Shown: piece after piece, positions 55,061-64,000 of the stretch
Layout of the letters: each line of letters starts with the position of its first letter
How positions within the stretch are numbered: position 1 is the first letter of the stretch
Origin: an uncultured Campylobacterales bacterium
Lineage (GTDB): Bacteria; Campylobacterota; Campylobacteria; Campylobacterales; Sulfurovaceae
Direction: 5' to 3'
DNA: 64,000 nucleotides
NCBI GenBank assembly: GCA_964520575.1
Contig: CAZFNK010000008.1
Location: forward strand, 2,458-66,457
The notes under the pieces: generated by a model
The model's database searches: none
What the model was told of the DNA's origin: nothing
Seen by the model: the letters and a program-made list of their open reading frames with translations, nothing else
Position numbers and translations under genes: made by a program

Positions 55061-55489
55061 TTATTTGACCGCAATATTTTTGGCTTTGCGGGATTCTTCT
55101 TTTTCGAGCTTGATAGTGAGTCTACCGTCTTCGAACTTGGCGTCGACTTTTGATGTATCTATGCCCTCGGGCAGTACAAATGACCTGGAAATATACCCGA
55201 AATTGCTCTCGATAAGGTAGTAATCGTCTTTTTTGACCTCGTTTTTCATCTTTCTGGTAGCTTTGACTATCAGGATATTATCCTCTATCTTGAGTTCTAT
55301 ATCCTTTTTCTCTACTCCAGGCAGGTCGACCTCTATCACAAACTCGTCACTACCTTTCTTGGCAAGGTTGGCCAATGGTAGATGGCTTGCGACATTTGCA
55401 AAGGTCTCTTTGGCCACTTCAAGCCCATGCTCTACCTTCTCTTCTACGCTATTTGCTATCTCTTTGGTTTTGTTGACTATATTGCTCAT
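55061..55489 (-). CDS. Hsp20/alpha-crystallin small heat-shock protein
   Basis: Alpha-crystallin domain (EVDLPGVEKKDIELKIEDNILIVKA...FVLPEGIDTSKVDAKFEDGRLTI). Confidence 0.9.
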   Translation of the reverse strand: MSNIVNKTKEIANSVEEKVEHGLEVAKETFANVASHLPLANLAKKGSDEFVIEVDLPGVEKKDIELKIEDNILIVKATRKMKNEVKKDDYYLIESNFGYISRSFVLPEGIDTSKVDAKFEDGRLTIKLEKEESRKAKNIAVK

Positions 55490-55499
55490 AGCTGCCTCC

Positions 55500-55940
55500 T
55501 TATTTGATCTCTATTTTTTTGGGCTGTTTTTCTTCTTCGGCTGCTTTGGGAATAACAACTTCCAGTACTCCGTTTTTCGATTCTGCTGTTATCTTGTCGG
55601 CATCAACTTTTTCGGGCAACGTAAAGCTGCGACTGAATTTGCCGTATGCACTCTCTATCTTGTAGTAGTCATCCTCTTTGACCTCATCTTTGTATTTTCT
55701 TTCACCTGAGATTGTCAGGACATTGTCTTCAGTTGTGATCTCGATATCTTCTTTTTTGATTCCAGGCAGATCGATCTCGATCACATATGCCTTTTCATCC
55801 TCTCTGGTGTTGACCGCAGGGACAAAATCATTAATAGACGCATCTTCTTCAACGCCCTCTATGGAGTTGAGTATAGCGTTGAGCATCTCAAATCCTCTGC
55901 GCGCCTCTCTGTATGGGTTAGCGTATCTTCTGATATACAT
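55500..55940 (-). CDS. Hsp20/alpha-crystallin small heat-shock protein
   Basis: Alpha-crystallin domain (EIDLPGIKKEDIEITTEDNVLTISG...FTLPEKVDADKITAESKNGVLEV). 10 nt upstream of its paralogue. Confidence 0.9.
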   Translation of the reverse strand: MYIRRYANPYREARRGFEMLNAILNSIEGVEEDASINDFVPAVNTREDEKAYVIEIDLPGIKKEDIEITTEDNVLTISGERKYKDEVKEDDYYKIESAYGKFSRSFTLPEKVDADKITAESKNGVLEVVIPKAAEEEKQPKKIEIK

Positions 55941-56057
55941 GATTGACTCCTTGTCAGGTTTTTTGATCGGGTTTTACCCAATTTCGATAGAATTTTACAC
56001 AGAAACAAAAAAATAAATTGCTACTTTTGTTGCAATTATTTGCCAAATAGGCTGTTT

Positions 56058-56066
56058 TGATATAAT
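56058..56066 (+). promoter_or_regulatory. extended -10 promoter element (TGaTATAAT)
   Basis: TGATATAAT lies 22 nt upstream of ATG 56089. Confidence 0.4.
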
Positions 56067-56088
56067 ATCACTTTTGAAAAGGACTGGA

Positions 56089-57057
56089 ATGCTGCGACTA
56101 TCGACAAAACTTCTTATATTTCTATTATTATTTAGCGGCCTCTTGCTTGCAAGTGATGGCACTAAAAATTGCCCGCACGGGGATTTAAGCCCAAAGTTTT
56201 GCGACAAGGACAATGATATGCTTGCCGATGCCGAAAATAACCCGGACAAATGGATAGATCCATACACTTTGATATTTGGCTATACGGAAAATCAAGAGCT
56301 TTATGAAAAGGCCCAAAAAGCCTTGGGGAAATATATCGAGAAACATACAGGCAAGAAGATCAAGTTTTTTCGATATTTGACAAATGCAGCCCAACTTGAA
56401 GCTATGCGAAACGGAATGCTTCATGTCGTCAGCCTCAATACCGGCTCTGTTCCTCCGGCAGTCAGATGTTCAGGATTCAGACTTTTTGCAATGGCCGCCA
56501 AATCTGACGGAAGTTACGGATATACAATGCAGATCATCACATACCCAGGTAGCGGTGTAAACAATATCAACGAGATCAAAGATCATACAGTGCTCTACGT
56601 GACTCCCACTTCAAACTCAGGATACAAAGCCCCTTATATTCTACTAAAAAAGCACGGCATGACCGAAGGTATAGATTACAGAGTACGCTTCTCGGGCAGC
56701 CATACCAAATCTATCCTGCGCGTAGCTTCAAAAAAGGCCAAAGTAGCTGCTATAGCCGACGGTGTACTCAGCAGTATGATTGCCTCAGGTAAGGTCAAAA
56801 AAGATGATATCAAAGTGATCTACACATCAAAACCTTTCCCCGGTACAGGATTTGGATATCCATATAATCTCAAACCATCATTGGCAGCCAAGATAAAAAA
56901 AGCGTTTCTAACATTTAAATGGAGTGACGATAGAGGAAAATACAAAGAGATAAACAAATATCACGATGCACGCTTCATCCCTGCAGAATACAAAAGCAAA
57001 TGGTCTCTTGTCAGAGCAATAGATAAAGAAAACGACAAAGATCAATCATGCCGGTAA
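56089..57057 (+). CDS. PhnD-like phosphate/phosphonate ABC-type substrate-binding protein (no cognate permease nearby)
   Basis: Signal peptide. Periplasmic binding-protein fold with the general PhnD-family layout (LIFGYTENQ..., TNSGYKAPY). The family call is moderate. Confidence 0.55.
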   Translation: MLRLSTKLLIFLLLFSGLLLASDGTKNCPHGDLSPKFCDKDNDMLADAENNPDKWIDPYTLIFGYTENQELYEKAQKALGKYIEKHTGKKIKFFRYLTNAAQLEAMRNGMLHVVSLNTGSVPPAVRCSGFRLFAMAAKSDGSYGYTMQIITYPGSGVNNINEIKDHTVLYVTPTSNSGYKAPYILLKKHGMTEGIDYRVRFSGSHTKSILRVASKKAKVAAIADGVLSSMIASGKVKKDDIKVIYTSKPFPGTGFGYPYNLKPSLAAKIKKAFLTFKWSDDRGKYKEINKYHDARFIPAEYKSKWSLVRAIDKENDKDQSCR

Positions 57058-58817
57058 AGACATATAGTAAATCTAGTACCACCTTTTGGAGCAGAATCTA
57101 CCCTTATTGATCCATTCATATGCTTTTCCATGATTAGTTTGCTCATATACAGCCCAAGCCCCATCGAATTCTCTTTGGTGGAATAATAAGGCTCAAATAT
57201 CTTGCTCAGCTTGTCCTCCGGTATTCCATGGCCGTTATCCGTAATAACTGTATGAACTGTCCCTTCTTTTTCAAAAAGCGCAATGTCCACCTCCCCATGC
57301 TGTTCTGATGCATCTACCGCGTTTTTTATGATATTTATCAATACCTGCAAAAACTCATTAGCGTAGAGTTTGTAGTTTATTTGCTGCAAATGAAGTTTAA
57401 TCTGTATGTCTTTTTGTCTAATTGAGCTGCCAACAAACTCTATGGCTTTTTTGACAAGCTTGCTAAGCTCTACATCTTCACTTGCGGTCTTTGGTTTGTA
57501 AAACGTTCGAAAATCATCTATGGTCTCAGACATGAATTCTATATTCTCTTCTATTTTGATACACTCTTCGTCTATTTTTGCCGGATCGCACTTATCGCCA
57601 TGCAGTCCAAATCGCATAAGCGCCACTATCGATGCTATTCGGTTGATAGGCTGCCTCCACTGATGAGCGATCATCGGCAACAATTCGCCTATGAGGGCCT
57701 GGCGTGACTGAAAGAGCAAATGTTCATTGCTCTCTTTTATCTGCTCCCTGTAGTTACGAAGCCGGCGATTTATGATACCCGAGAGATATATAGATAAAAA
57801 CAGCGAAACAAGTAGCATCAAAGACATTATCCACATACTTGCCTGGATATTCTTTTTGCGCTTCAACAAAATAAACTCTTTTTTCTGTTTTATGCTCGCA
57901 TTTACCATCTTCAGGTTTTTGACAGCTGTGATGTACCAGTCATACTGAGCTATATATTCGGTATACGCCAGATGCTCTTTGTCTCTATATAGCCCTTCAA
58001 TAAGATATCTCTGCGCATCATTGCTTGCATCACCCTTGGGGTGGTAAACGGTATGTCCGTGTGAATCTATAACAAAAAAGTATCCCTGATCAAATATAGA
58101 ATTGTTTTTGATATAATTTATCATATCATTGCGTATGTATCTATGCATATAATGTATGTATTCACCCGCGCCAATATACCAATCAAGCCCAACGAGTTTT
58201 TTGATGAAAGATATTTTTGGCATCATGATTTTTTCTTTAGAATTAGGCAGATACCAGTAATATTTGACAAAGCCTTCGCCGTTTTCCTGGGCTATACGGG
58301 TAAACTCCTCGACTATCTTTTTGCCGTTGCTGTCAGTGACATTCATGTCGTTTTTGCCTATTCTTCTACGATCTCCATGCAACTTGACATTACCTTTCAG
58401 GTCAAGCACAAAAAGGTATCCCATCCCACTCTCAAAATGGACATATTTCAGGGCATTGATTATCATCTCCTCTATCTGTTTGTCACTTTTGAGTCCGCTG
58501 TATGCTCCATTGATACCATTGGCTACACTTACGGCTACATTGACTATGTTCTGGACATCCTTTTTGATCTTGTCTATACTCTGACTGTCATAATATCGCA
58601 CATATTGGGCCAGATTGTGTACCTTTTCCCTCAGATTGCTGGCTTCAGTATCCATCAGACGATCTTCATACTGTGTCAATTCCCATTCGGTATCCCTGGA
58701 TTGCGCATATGTAAAATAAAAATACATTAGAACACCGTATAGTAAAAGAACGATCAGGGGGAAGAGCAACACCATTGTTGTGATGCGCTGCGAAGAGGGG
58801 TTTTTGGGCCTTTTCAT
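57042..58817 (-). CDS. Cache-domain sensor histidine kinase
   Basis: TM, periplasmic Cache-like repeats (GLDWYIGAGEY, YDWYITAV) and a second TM. H-box IAHQWRQPI and HATPase_c (DNGHGIP...GLGLYMSK). Confidence 0.88.
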   Translation of the reverse strand: MKRPKNPSSQRITTMVLLFPLIVLLLYGVLMYFYFTYAQSRDTEWELTQYEDRLMDTEASNLREKVHNLAQYVRYYDSQSIDKIKKDVQNIVNVAVSVANGINGAYSGLKSDKQIEEMIINALKYVHFESGMGYLFVLDLKGNVKLHGDRRRIGKNDMNVTDSNGKKIVEEFTRIAQENGEGFVKYYWYLPNSKEKIMMPKISFIKKLVGLDWYIGAGEYIHYMHRYIRNDMINYIKNNSIFDQGYFFVIDSHGHTVYHPKGDASNDAQRYLIEGLYRDKEHLAYTEYIAQYDWYITAVKNLKMVNASIKQKKEFILLKRKKNIQASMWIMSLMLLVSLFLSIYLSGIINRRLRNYREQIKESNEHLLFQSRQALIGELLPMIAHQWRQPINRIASIVALMRFGLHGDKCDPAKIDEECIKIEENIEFMSETIDDFRTFYKPKTASEDVELSKLVKKAIEFVGSSIRQKDIQIKLHLQQINYKLYANEFLQVLINIIKNAVDASEQHGEVDIALFEKEGTVHTVITDNGHGIPEDKLSKIFEPYYSTKENSMGLGLYMSKLIMEKHMNGSIRVDSAPKGGTRFTICLYRHD

Positions 58818-58834
58818 CTCAATGATGACTTATT

Positions 58835-59518
58835 TTAGTCACCTGAAAACTGAAAGCTTTTGGAAAAAGCATAACCGATACCGCTGCGGTTGACCAAGAG
58901 ACCATCGGGGAGTTTTTTGCGAAGGTGGCGCACAAATGACCTTATTGCATTGTCGGTGGGCGGATTATCACCCCAGAGCAATGACAGCTCATCGTATGTC
59001 ACTATTCCCTTGCGTGCCAGCATTTTCAAAAATGACGCCTCTCTGACGGACAGATCATGTATTTGATCATCATATATGATCGTCAAATGCTCATTGTTCA
59101 GCAGAATTTCCGGAGCCAGCTCCAATATGTTCTCGTTGGAAAAATCCTCATTTAGTTTGGTCAGCATGGTATGTATCTTTTTGGATGTCAGCGGCTTGAC
59201 TATATATTTATCCAGATGGAGTTCTACAGATTCAAGCAAATAATCTGTCTTGGTATAAGCCGATATTACAATAATAGGCATATCCTTGTCTATAGCCCTG
59301 ATCCTTCTGATCAATTCCAGTCCATTCAGGCGCGGCAGCTCTATATCGACCAAGGCTACATCTATATCTTGCGCACGAAAAATATCCCATGCCTCTATAC
59401 CGTCAGCAGCCGTGTAAAAATTATTGAAAAAATTGCCAAGCAATTGTGAGATATTCTCTAGCACATCTTTTTCATCTTCTACATAAAGTACATTTTTGGT
59501 TTTCAATAGATTATACAT
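58835..59518 (-). CDS. OmpR/PhoB-type response regulator
   Basis: REC (VLYVEDEKD...VALVDIELPRLNG) plus a winged-helix output domain (RSFVRHLRKKL...IGYAF). ATG 59518 with an AAGGAG RBS. Confidence 0.9.
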   Translation of the reverse strand: MYNLLKTKNVLYVEDEKDVLENISQLLGNFFNNFYTAADGIEAWDIFRAQDIDVALVDIELPRLNGLELIRRIRAIDKDMPIIVISAYTKTDYLLESVELHLDKYIVKPLTSKKIHTMLTKLNEDFSNENILELAPEILLNNEHLTIIYDDQIHDLSVREASFLKMLARKGIVTYDELSLLWGDNPPTDNAIRSFVRHLRKKLPDGLLVNRSGIGYAFSKSFQFSGD

Positions 59519-59644
59519 ATAATTCTCCTTCGTTCTGTTTGCCCTATATAAACTGTAGCAATCTACATGAAGCATTTTTGTATTATAGCAAAAAAATATG
59601 ACAAAAAAGTGGCTTTTTTATAAAGGGGGGGTCTTTGTAAGGCT

Positions 59645-59671
59645 TTCGGGCCGACACTCTGTCGACCCGAA
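59645..59671 (-). terminator. GC-rich hairpin downstream of the His/Arg/Tyr-rich protein gene
   Basis: TTCGGGCCGAC-actct-GTCGACCCGAA (one mismatch), located 10 nt after the stop at 59681. There is no clear U-tract. Confidence 0.35.
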
Positions 59672-59680
59672 GAGAAAGAA

Positions 59681-60469
59681 CTATCGAAAACTCACTTCAA
59701 ACTCAAACCAACCGCTGTCATTGCGTGCGAATATATCATCACCCTGCGTCCAATTATGAGCTACTCTGTAGCGGCGCGGCCTGTAATAGCGATGCTCAAA
59801 TATCCCTTTGCCGTGCAGTCTGTCCTGATAGGTATAGTTGTGGTCATACCGATAGAACCGCCCATCAAACATAAATCCATATCTGTCAAAATAACCATAG
59901 AAAAACCCATAGCTGTCATAGAAACTTGCTCTTTCGTACAAATAGGTAAGATACCATTGTCTACGATAGTATTTGTATCCATGTTGTCTGTGACGTTTTG
60001 GTCTGTCCCATCTATAGTCTATATCTTCCCACTCTTCGTTGTAATAGCCATCATCATCGCTATACCATCCATTGCCGACATATCGGCCCAGTTTTTTACT
60101 TTTTGAGGATTTCAAATACCTTCTGGTGTGTTTTGAGGCGCCATTATGGAAAGCTCTATGGTGTTTGGCTCTTGATCGTTTTATTTTCTTGTATTCATTT
60201 AGCGAATGGAAGGTCAGCTTATGAGCTTTGCGGGGCTTTTGAGCCTTCTTTCTGCTATGTTTGTGATACCTTTTTTTCACCTCGTTTTTCTTGTGTACTA
60301 TATGATGACGTGCCGGCCGTACTCTATGGTGTCTGGCGTCTTTTAGGTCTGAGCCTGTTGTTGTGATATGCAAATCTGCAACTATACGATCGACCACACT
60401 GCCAAGATCTGCGGCATGTAATCCGTTGGCTACAATTATTGCGGCCAAAATTGCGATTGTTTTTTTCAT
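59681..60469 (-). CDS. secreted, extremely His/Arg/Lys/Tyr-rich hypothetical protein
   Basis: ATG 60469 with an AAGGAG RBS. Signal peptide MKKTIAILAAIIVANGLHA. The mature part is dominated by H, R, K and Y (HHRVRPARHHIVHKK...; YGFFYGYFDRYGFMFDGRFYRYDHNYTYQDR). Confidence 0.65.
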   Translation of the reverse strand: MKKTIAILAAIIVANGLHAADLGSVVDRIVADLHITTTGSDLKDARHHRVRPARHHIVHKKNEVKKRYHKHSRKKAQKPRKAHKLTFHSLNEYKKIKRSRAKHHRAFHNGASKHTRRYLKSSKSKKLGRYVGNGWYSDDDGYYNEEWEDIDYRWDRPKRHRQHGYKYYRRQWYLTYLYERASFYDSYGFFYGYFDRYGFMFDGRFYRYDHNYTYQDRLHGKGIFEHRYYRPRRYRVAHNWTQGDDIFARNDSGWFEFEVSFR

Positions 60470-60730
60470 CTTTTGCTCCTTTTGTTTAATGTTTAGATAT
60501 TGCTGCAAAAGCAGGACTCCAGCTAACAACCAAACGAAGTATAAACAAACAAAGTGGATCGTGTGTGAAGAGAGCGTGGAGAGATTGTGGAGGTGGAGAT
60601 ATTGGTGTGTTTGTCGTTGATATATTGGCAACCGGATGGCCGGCGGCCATATAATTGGTTATTTGGCGGCTGCGCTGCTGCTATTGGTAGCTTTGGACTA
60701 CATGTATCTTATTGCTGATTTTCTTGCTTA

Positions 60731-61276
60731 TCAGGGAGCTTTGCCACCGAGTAGCTTGGCAAGCTCTGCCTCATTGGAGGCGTGATCTACCTTGACCACC
60801 TTCTTGTTGTCCAGAGTCATTACTATCACCTTGTCAACAGCTTGACCCTCTTTAAGTTTTTTTGCCATATTTTTGTCGTATATCAGTAGTATGCTGTATG
60901 GACTCTTGCGAAAATCAGGCATCGCAAAGGTGTTGAGTATAACAGTAGGCATAGCGCTGACATCAGCTACGGCTACGATCTTGTTTTTGGCAAGAAACTC
61001 ATCCCCCTGATATGCCATAAATGATCTAAATATATGGCCGGTTGGTTTGGTAAAGACAAACATCAGCTTCTTGGTATCAGCCGACAAACTTTTGGACTTG
61101 TCAAACTGATCCGGCAGTGCAAAATCTATCCTGGAGCCTACGCCAAAGGGCTTATCTTCTGGCTTTACCGAGAGGGAGTATTTGCTTGGATCGTAGTTGC
61201 TTGTACTGTTTATAGCGAACAATACGCCAACTGCGATCAATAGCAAAAGCAGGATGCCAAGTATTATTTTTTTCAT
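60731..61276 (-). CDS. hypothetical periplasmic protein
   Basis: N-terminal signal/anchor MKKIILGILLLLLIAVGVLFA. 181 aa. Possibly thioredoxin-fold/YtfJ-like, but this is not verifiable by eye. Confidence 0.5.
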   Translation of the reverse strand: MKKIILGILLLLLIAVGVLFAINSTSNYDPSKYSLSVKPEDKPFGVGSRIDFALPDQFDKSKSLSADTKKLMFVFTKPTGHIFRSFMAYQGDEFLAKNKIVAVADVSAMPTVILNTFAMPDFRKSPYSILLIYDKNMAKKLKEGQAVDKVIVMTLDNKKVVKVDHASNEAELAKLLGGKAP

Positions 61277-61356
61277 TTTGAGTTTCCTTATTATTTAAAT
61301 TGTCTGGGAATTGTACAGTTTAGAGGTTAAAGAGGGTTTAGCTCCCTCTATTAGTT

Positions 61357-62358
61357 TTATTTTTTAGAACTTACAAATATAGCCATATCTACCAGGCGCT
61401 CGGTATATCCCCACTCATTGTCATACCAGGCAAGCACTTTGACCGTATTGCCGCCTGTGACCGAGGTCATATCGGGTACAAAAGTAGCGCTGTAACTTGA
61501 TCCGACAAAATCGCTCGATACTCGTTTGTCATAGTCTATCTCTATAAGCCCTTTGAAGGCTCCATTTGCAGCCTTTTCAAACGCCTCATTGACCTGTTCT
61601 TTAGTGACATCCTGCTTGAGATTAACCGTAAGATCAACAACCGATACGTCGGTGGTGGGTACGCGCATAGCATAGCCGTTTAGTTTGCCTTTAAGATGGG
61701 GCATCACCAGACCGATCGCCTTAGCCGCACCGGTTGTAGTAGGGATCATATTTACCGCTGCTGCTCTGGCGCGGCGAAAATCTTTTTTGTGTTTGACATC
61801 AAGGAGGTTTTGGTCATTGGTGTATGAGTGGATTGTAGTCATCAGGCCGTTTTCAATGCCAAATGCATCATCGAGGACTTTGGTAACGGGAGCCAGGCAG
61901 TTGGTAGTACAACTGGCATTTGATACTATCTCCTGCCCCGCATATTCGTCAGTGTTGATACCGTATACAAATGTGGCAGTCACGTCGTCTTTGGCAGGAG
62001 CTGACATCACGACTCTTTTGACTCCGTTTTTGAGGAAAGGCTTGGCTTTTTCAGTAGTTAGAAATACTCCGGTACACTCCAGCACCACTTCGGCCCCTTT
62101 GCTGCCAAAGTCAAGCTTGTCAGGATCCCTTTGGCTAAATACATACACATTCTTGCCATTGATGGAGAGCATCTGATCATCTACGATCTCTACTTCCGCG
62201 CCCCTGTGGACAGTATCGTACTTGAGTAGATATGCAAGCATCTCAAGTGATGCGGTGGTATTGATGGCTACAAGCTCTGTATCATCTCTTTGGGTAAGTA
62301 TCTTGATGGCTATAAGACCTATACGACCTGTTCCGTTGACTGCTGCTTTGATGGGCAT
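61357..62358 (-). CDS. gap: type I glyceraldehyde-3-phosphate dehydrogenase
   Basis: NGTGRIG Rossmann motif and active site SNASCTTNCLAP. 333 aa from ATG 62358. Confidence 0.95.
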   Translation of the reverse strand: MPIKAAVNGTGRIGLIAIKILTQRDDTELVAINTTASLEMLAYLLKYDTVHRGAEVEIVDDQMLSINGKNVYVFSQRDPDKLDFGSKGAEVVLECTGVFLTTEKAKPFLKNGVKRVVMSAPAKDDVTATFVYGINTDEYAGQEIVSNASCTTNCLAPVTKVLDDAFGIENGLMTTIHSYTNDQNLLDVKHKKDFRRARAAAVNMIPTTTGAAKAIGLVMPHLKGKLNGYAMRVPTTDVSVVDLTVNLKQDVTKEQVNEAFEKAANGAFKGLIEIDYDKRVSSDFVGSSYSATFVPDMTSVTGGNTVKVLAWYDNEWGYTERLVDMAIFVSSKK

Positions 62359-62408
62359 AGAAAGTTCCTTTTTGTTCTTTTTTGTAATTATACTTTGAGT
62401 GGGTTTAG

Positions 62409-62621
62409 TCACCCCTTTTTGATATCATCTTCTCCGGCATTTTGGACCATCCTGATACTCTCCAGTGCATTTTGGAGGATGATCTTGGTATTGGTCAAAG
62501 GTTTCATACGTAGGTTTGTTTGCTTTTTGTCCAGTGACTCATCATTGAGTACATTTAGCACTTCTCTGGTCAGCTCAGCATAAATCTCATCAAATTTTTT
62601 CTCTATAAATTCATAATTCAT
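62409..62621 (-). CDS. small hypothetical protein
   Basis: 70-aa helical acidic ORF between mog and gap. No family recognised. Confidence 0.4.
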   Translation of the reverse strand: MNYEFIEKKFDEIYAELTREVLNVLNDESLDKKQTNLRMKPLTNTKIILQNALESIRMVQNAGEDDIKKG

Positions 62622-62639
62622 ATTAATTAATATACTCCA

Positions 62640-63173
62640 TTATTTGGTCTTTGGCCTAAATGCTTTTATGACACTTTCATCTGTCTGCATGTATGCTCCG
62701 CCTATAAGATCTATACAGTAAGGCACTGCAGGAAATACTGCATCGAGGCATTCTCTGATCGCTTTTGGTTTGCCGGGAAGATTGATGATGAGTGAGCCGT
62801 TACAGATGCCTGCTGTCTGGCGTGATAGGATAGCGGTAGGCACATGCTGAAGGCTGGCTGCTCTCATCTGCTCGCCAAAGCCCGGCAGGATCTTTTGACA
62901 GACATTGAGAGTAGCTTCTGTAGTGACATCCCTTGGTGCCGGTCCAGTGCCTCCTGTGGTGACGATCAGATCGCATTTTTTGTCTCTGGCAAGCTCTATA
63001 AGAGCTGTCTCTATCTGCGTCTGCTCATCAGGTAGACAGCGGTACTCAAACTCAAGTTCATTTTGCAGATACTCCCCCATCACCTCCATGATAGCCTTGC
63101 CTGAGATATCCTCATATATCCCTTCATAGGCTCTATCGCTTGTAGTGACTACACCTATTTTAATCTTGTCCAT
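62640..63173 (-). CDS. mog: MogA/MoaB-family molybdopterin adenylyltransferase
   Basis: TTGGTGPAPRDVT motif. 177 aa. Confidence 0.85.
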   Translation of the reverse strand: MDKIKIGVVTTSDRAYEGIYEDISGKAIMEVMGEYLQNELEFEYRCLPDEQTQIETALIELARDKKCDLIVTTGGTGPAPRDVTTEATLNVCQKILPGFGEQMRAASLQHVPTAILSRQTAGICNGSLIINLPGKPKAIRECLDAVFPAVPYCIDLIGGAYMQTDESVIKAFRPKTK

Positions 63174-63193
63174 TTATGATCCTTTTTAATTCA

Positions 63194-64000
63194 TCAAACC
63201 TTGAGCAATATTTTATCCAAAAATGATGTACCAAAAAGTCTTTTGGCAAACCCAAGCAGATATGTGGCTTTGGTGATATAATATCTAGGTTTTGGCGTTG
63301 ATGCCGATATGATCTCGTATACTACTCTGGCGACTGATTCTGGACCTTCTCCAAATGGAACCCTTTTGGCTGTACCATCTTTGCTGGCTCTGTATTTGTC
63401 GGCAAAAACTGAAGATTCGGTCTCAAGATTATCAAGAGTAGCTACCGCAGTCTCTCTGAAGTGACTTTTGATGGGGCCTGTGTTGAGAAGTACAGGGTAG
63501 ATATCTGTGCCCGCAAGCTCCAGTCTCAACGTATCGGTCAGGCCTTCGACGGCGTATTTGCTGGCATTGTATATACCTCTAAACGGCAAAGAGACGATAC
63601 CCAAAACAGAGCTGTGCTGTATGATCTTGCCGTATCCTTGCCGTCTCATCACGGGAATGATCTGGCGTGTACACTCGTGCAGACCAAAAACATTGGTCAT
63701 GAACTGCTCTCTAAGTAGATAAGTAGGGACGTCCTCTACAGCCCCAATCTGACCGTAGCCGGCGTTGTTGAACCATACATCTATCTTGCCGTCTATCTCA
63801 AGTACCGTCTCTATCGCGGCAGAAATATCTTCAGGCTTGGTAACATCAAGCTGCATTGCATGCTCAAAACCAAGAGTTTTGAGCATCTGTACATCTTCGG
63901 GCTTTCTTGCGGTAGGATAGACTTTGATATATCTGCTCTTAAGATATTTTGCTGTCTCCAATCCAATGCCCGTGCTGCATCCGGTGATCACTATGTTGGT
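63194..64000 (-). CDS. short-chain dehydrogenase/reductase (SDR), N-terminus cut by window end
   Basis: ITGCSTGIG cofactor motif at the window edge (the frame continues: TNIVITGCS), NNAG, and the catalytic YNASK. Confidence 0.85.
   Translation of the reverse strand, partial: TNIVITGCSTGIGLETAKYLKSRYIKVYPTARKPEDVQMLKTLGFEHAMQLDVTKPEDISAAIETVLEIDGKIDVWFNNAGYGQIGAVEDVPTYLLREQFMTNVFGLHECTRQIIPVMRRQGYGKIIQHSSVLGIVSLPFRGIYNASKYAVEGLTDTLRLELAGTDIYPVLLNTGPIKSHFRETAVATLDNLETESSVFADKYRASKDGTAKRVPFGEGPESVARVVYEIISASTPKPRYYITKATYLLGFAKRLFGTSFLDKILLKV

Noticed and set aside
55941-56073. Inverted repeat AATTGC-N10-GCAATT in the divergent hsp20 / phnD-like intergenic region as a heat-shock operator
   Set aside because: It matches neither the CIRCE (TTAGCACTC-N9-GAGTGCTAA) nor the HAIR (CTTGAGT-N7-ACTCAAG) consensus. 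It is too short to distinguish from chance in AT-rich DNA.

Overview
This 64-kb chromosomal segment looks like a Campylobacterota (epsilonproteobacterium-type) genome. That is an inference from the protein families, the fabZ-clpX-mreB-mreC-carB gene order and TGnTATAAT-type promoters; the organism cannot be named from sequence alone. Most of the window is ordinary housekeeping:

- Cell shape and wall: mreBC, two YkuD L,D-transpeptidases, slt.
- Nucleotide metabolism: carB, purL, purN, apt.
- Translation: valS, tRNA-Gln, initiator tRNA-Met, queC/queH, ybeY.
- Cofactors: ribBA, hemH, mobB, mog, and a TPP-riboswitch-controlled thiBPQ operon.
- Carbon metabolism: acs, fbp, gap.
- Stress: two hsp20 genes, clpX.
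- Signalling: two sensor-kinase loci.

The one clear accessory region is about 27.4-33.9 kb, between valS plus a lipoprotein gene and the thiB leader. It holds a minus-strand array of four toxin-CT/immunity cassettes and two decayed remnants. Each is preceded by a nearly identical GC-rich 100-170 bp module encoding a Gly/Ala-rich pre-toxin peptide that ends in YLYN(E/D). No full-length delivery protein is present. The upstream end of the array breaks off next to an orphan immunity-like gene and an IS3-family element that lacks target-site duplications. I interpret this as an orphan polymorphic-toxin reservoir of CdiA/BcpA-like logic, with largely unrecognisable toxin and immunity domains, and it is the main candidate for something undescribed.

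Secondary observations:

- An acetate-utilisation operon carrying an uncharacterised cNMP/CBS/DUF294 plus DEDDh-exonuclease pair.
- A ComEA with a histone-H1-like lysine-repeat tail.
- Paralogous L,D-transpeptidases with a recurring RHxDPLKAxS tail motif.
- An extremely His/Arg/Tyr-rich secreted protein.
- A DUF2130 zinc-ribbon/coiled-coil/PD-(D/E)xK protein.
- A GC-rich block with a decayed ORF at the left edge.

No CRISPR array, rRNA or prophage was seen.
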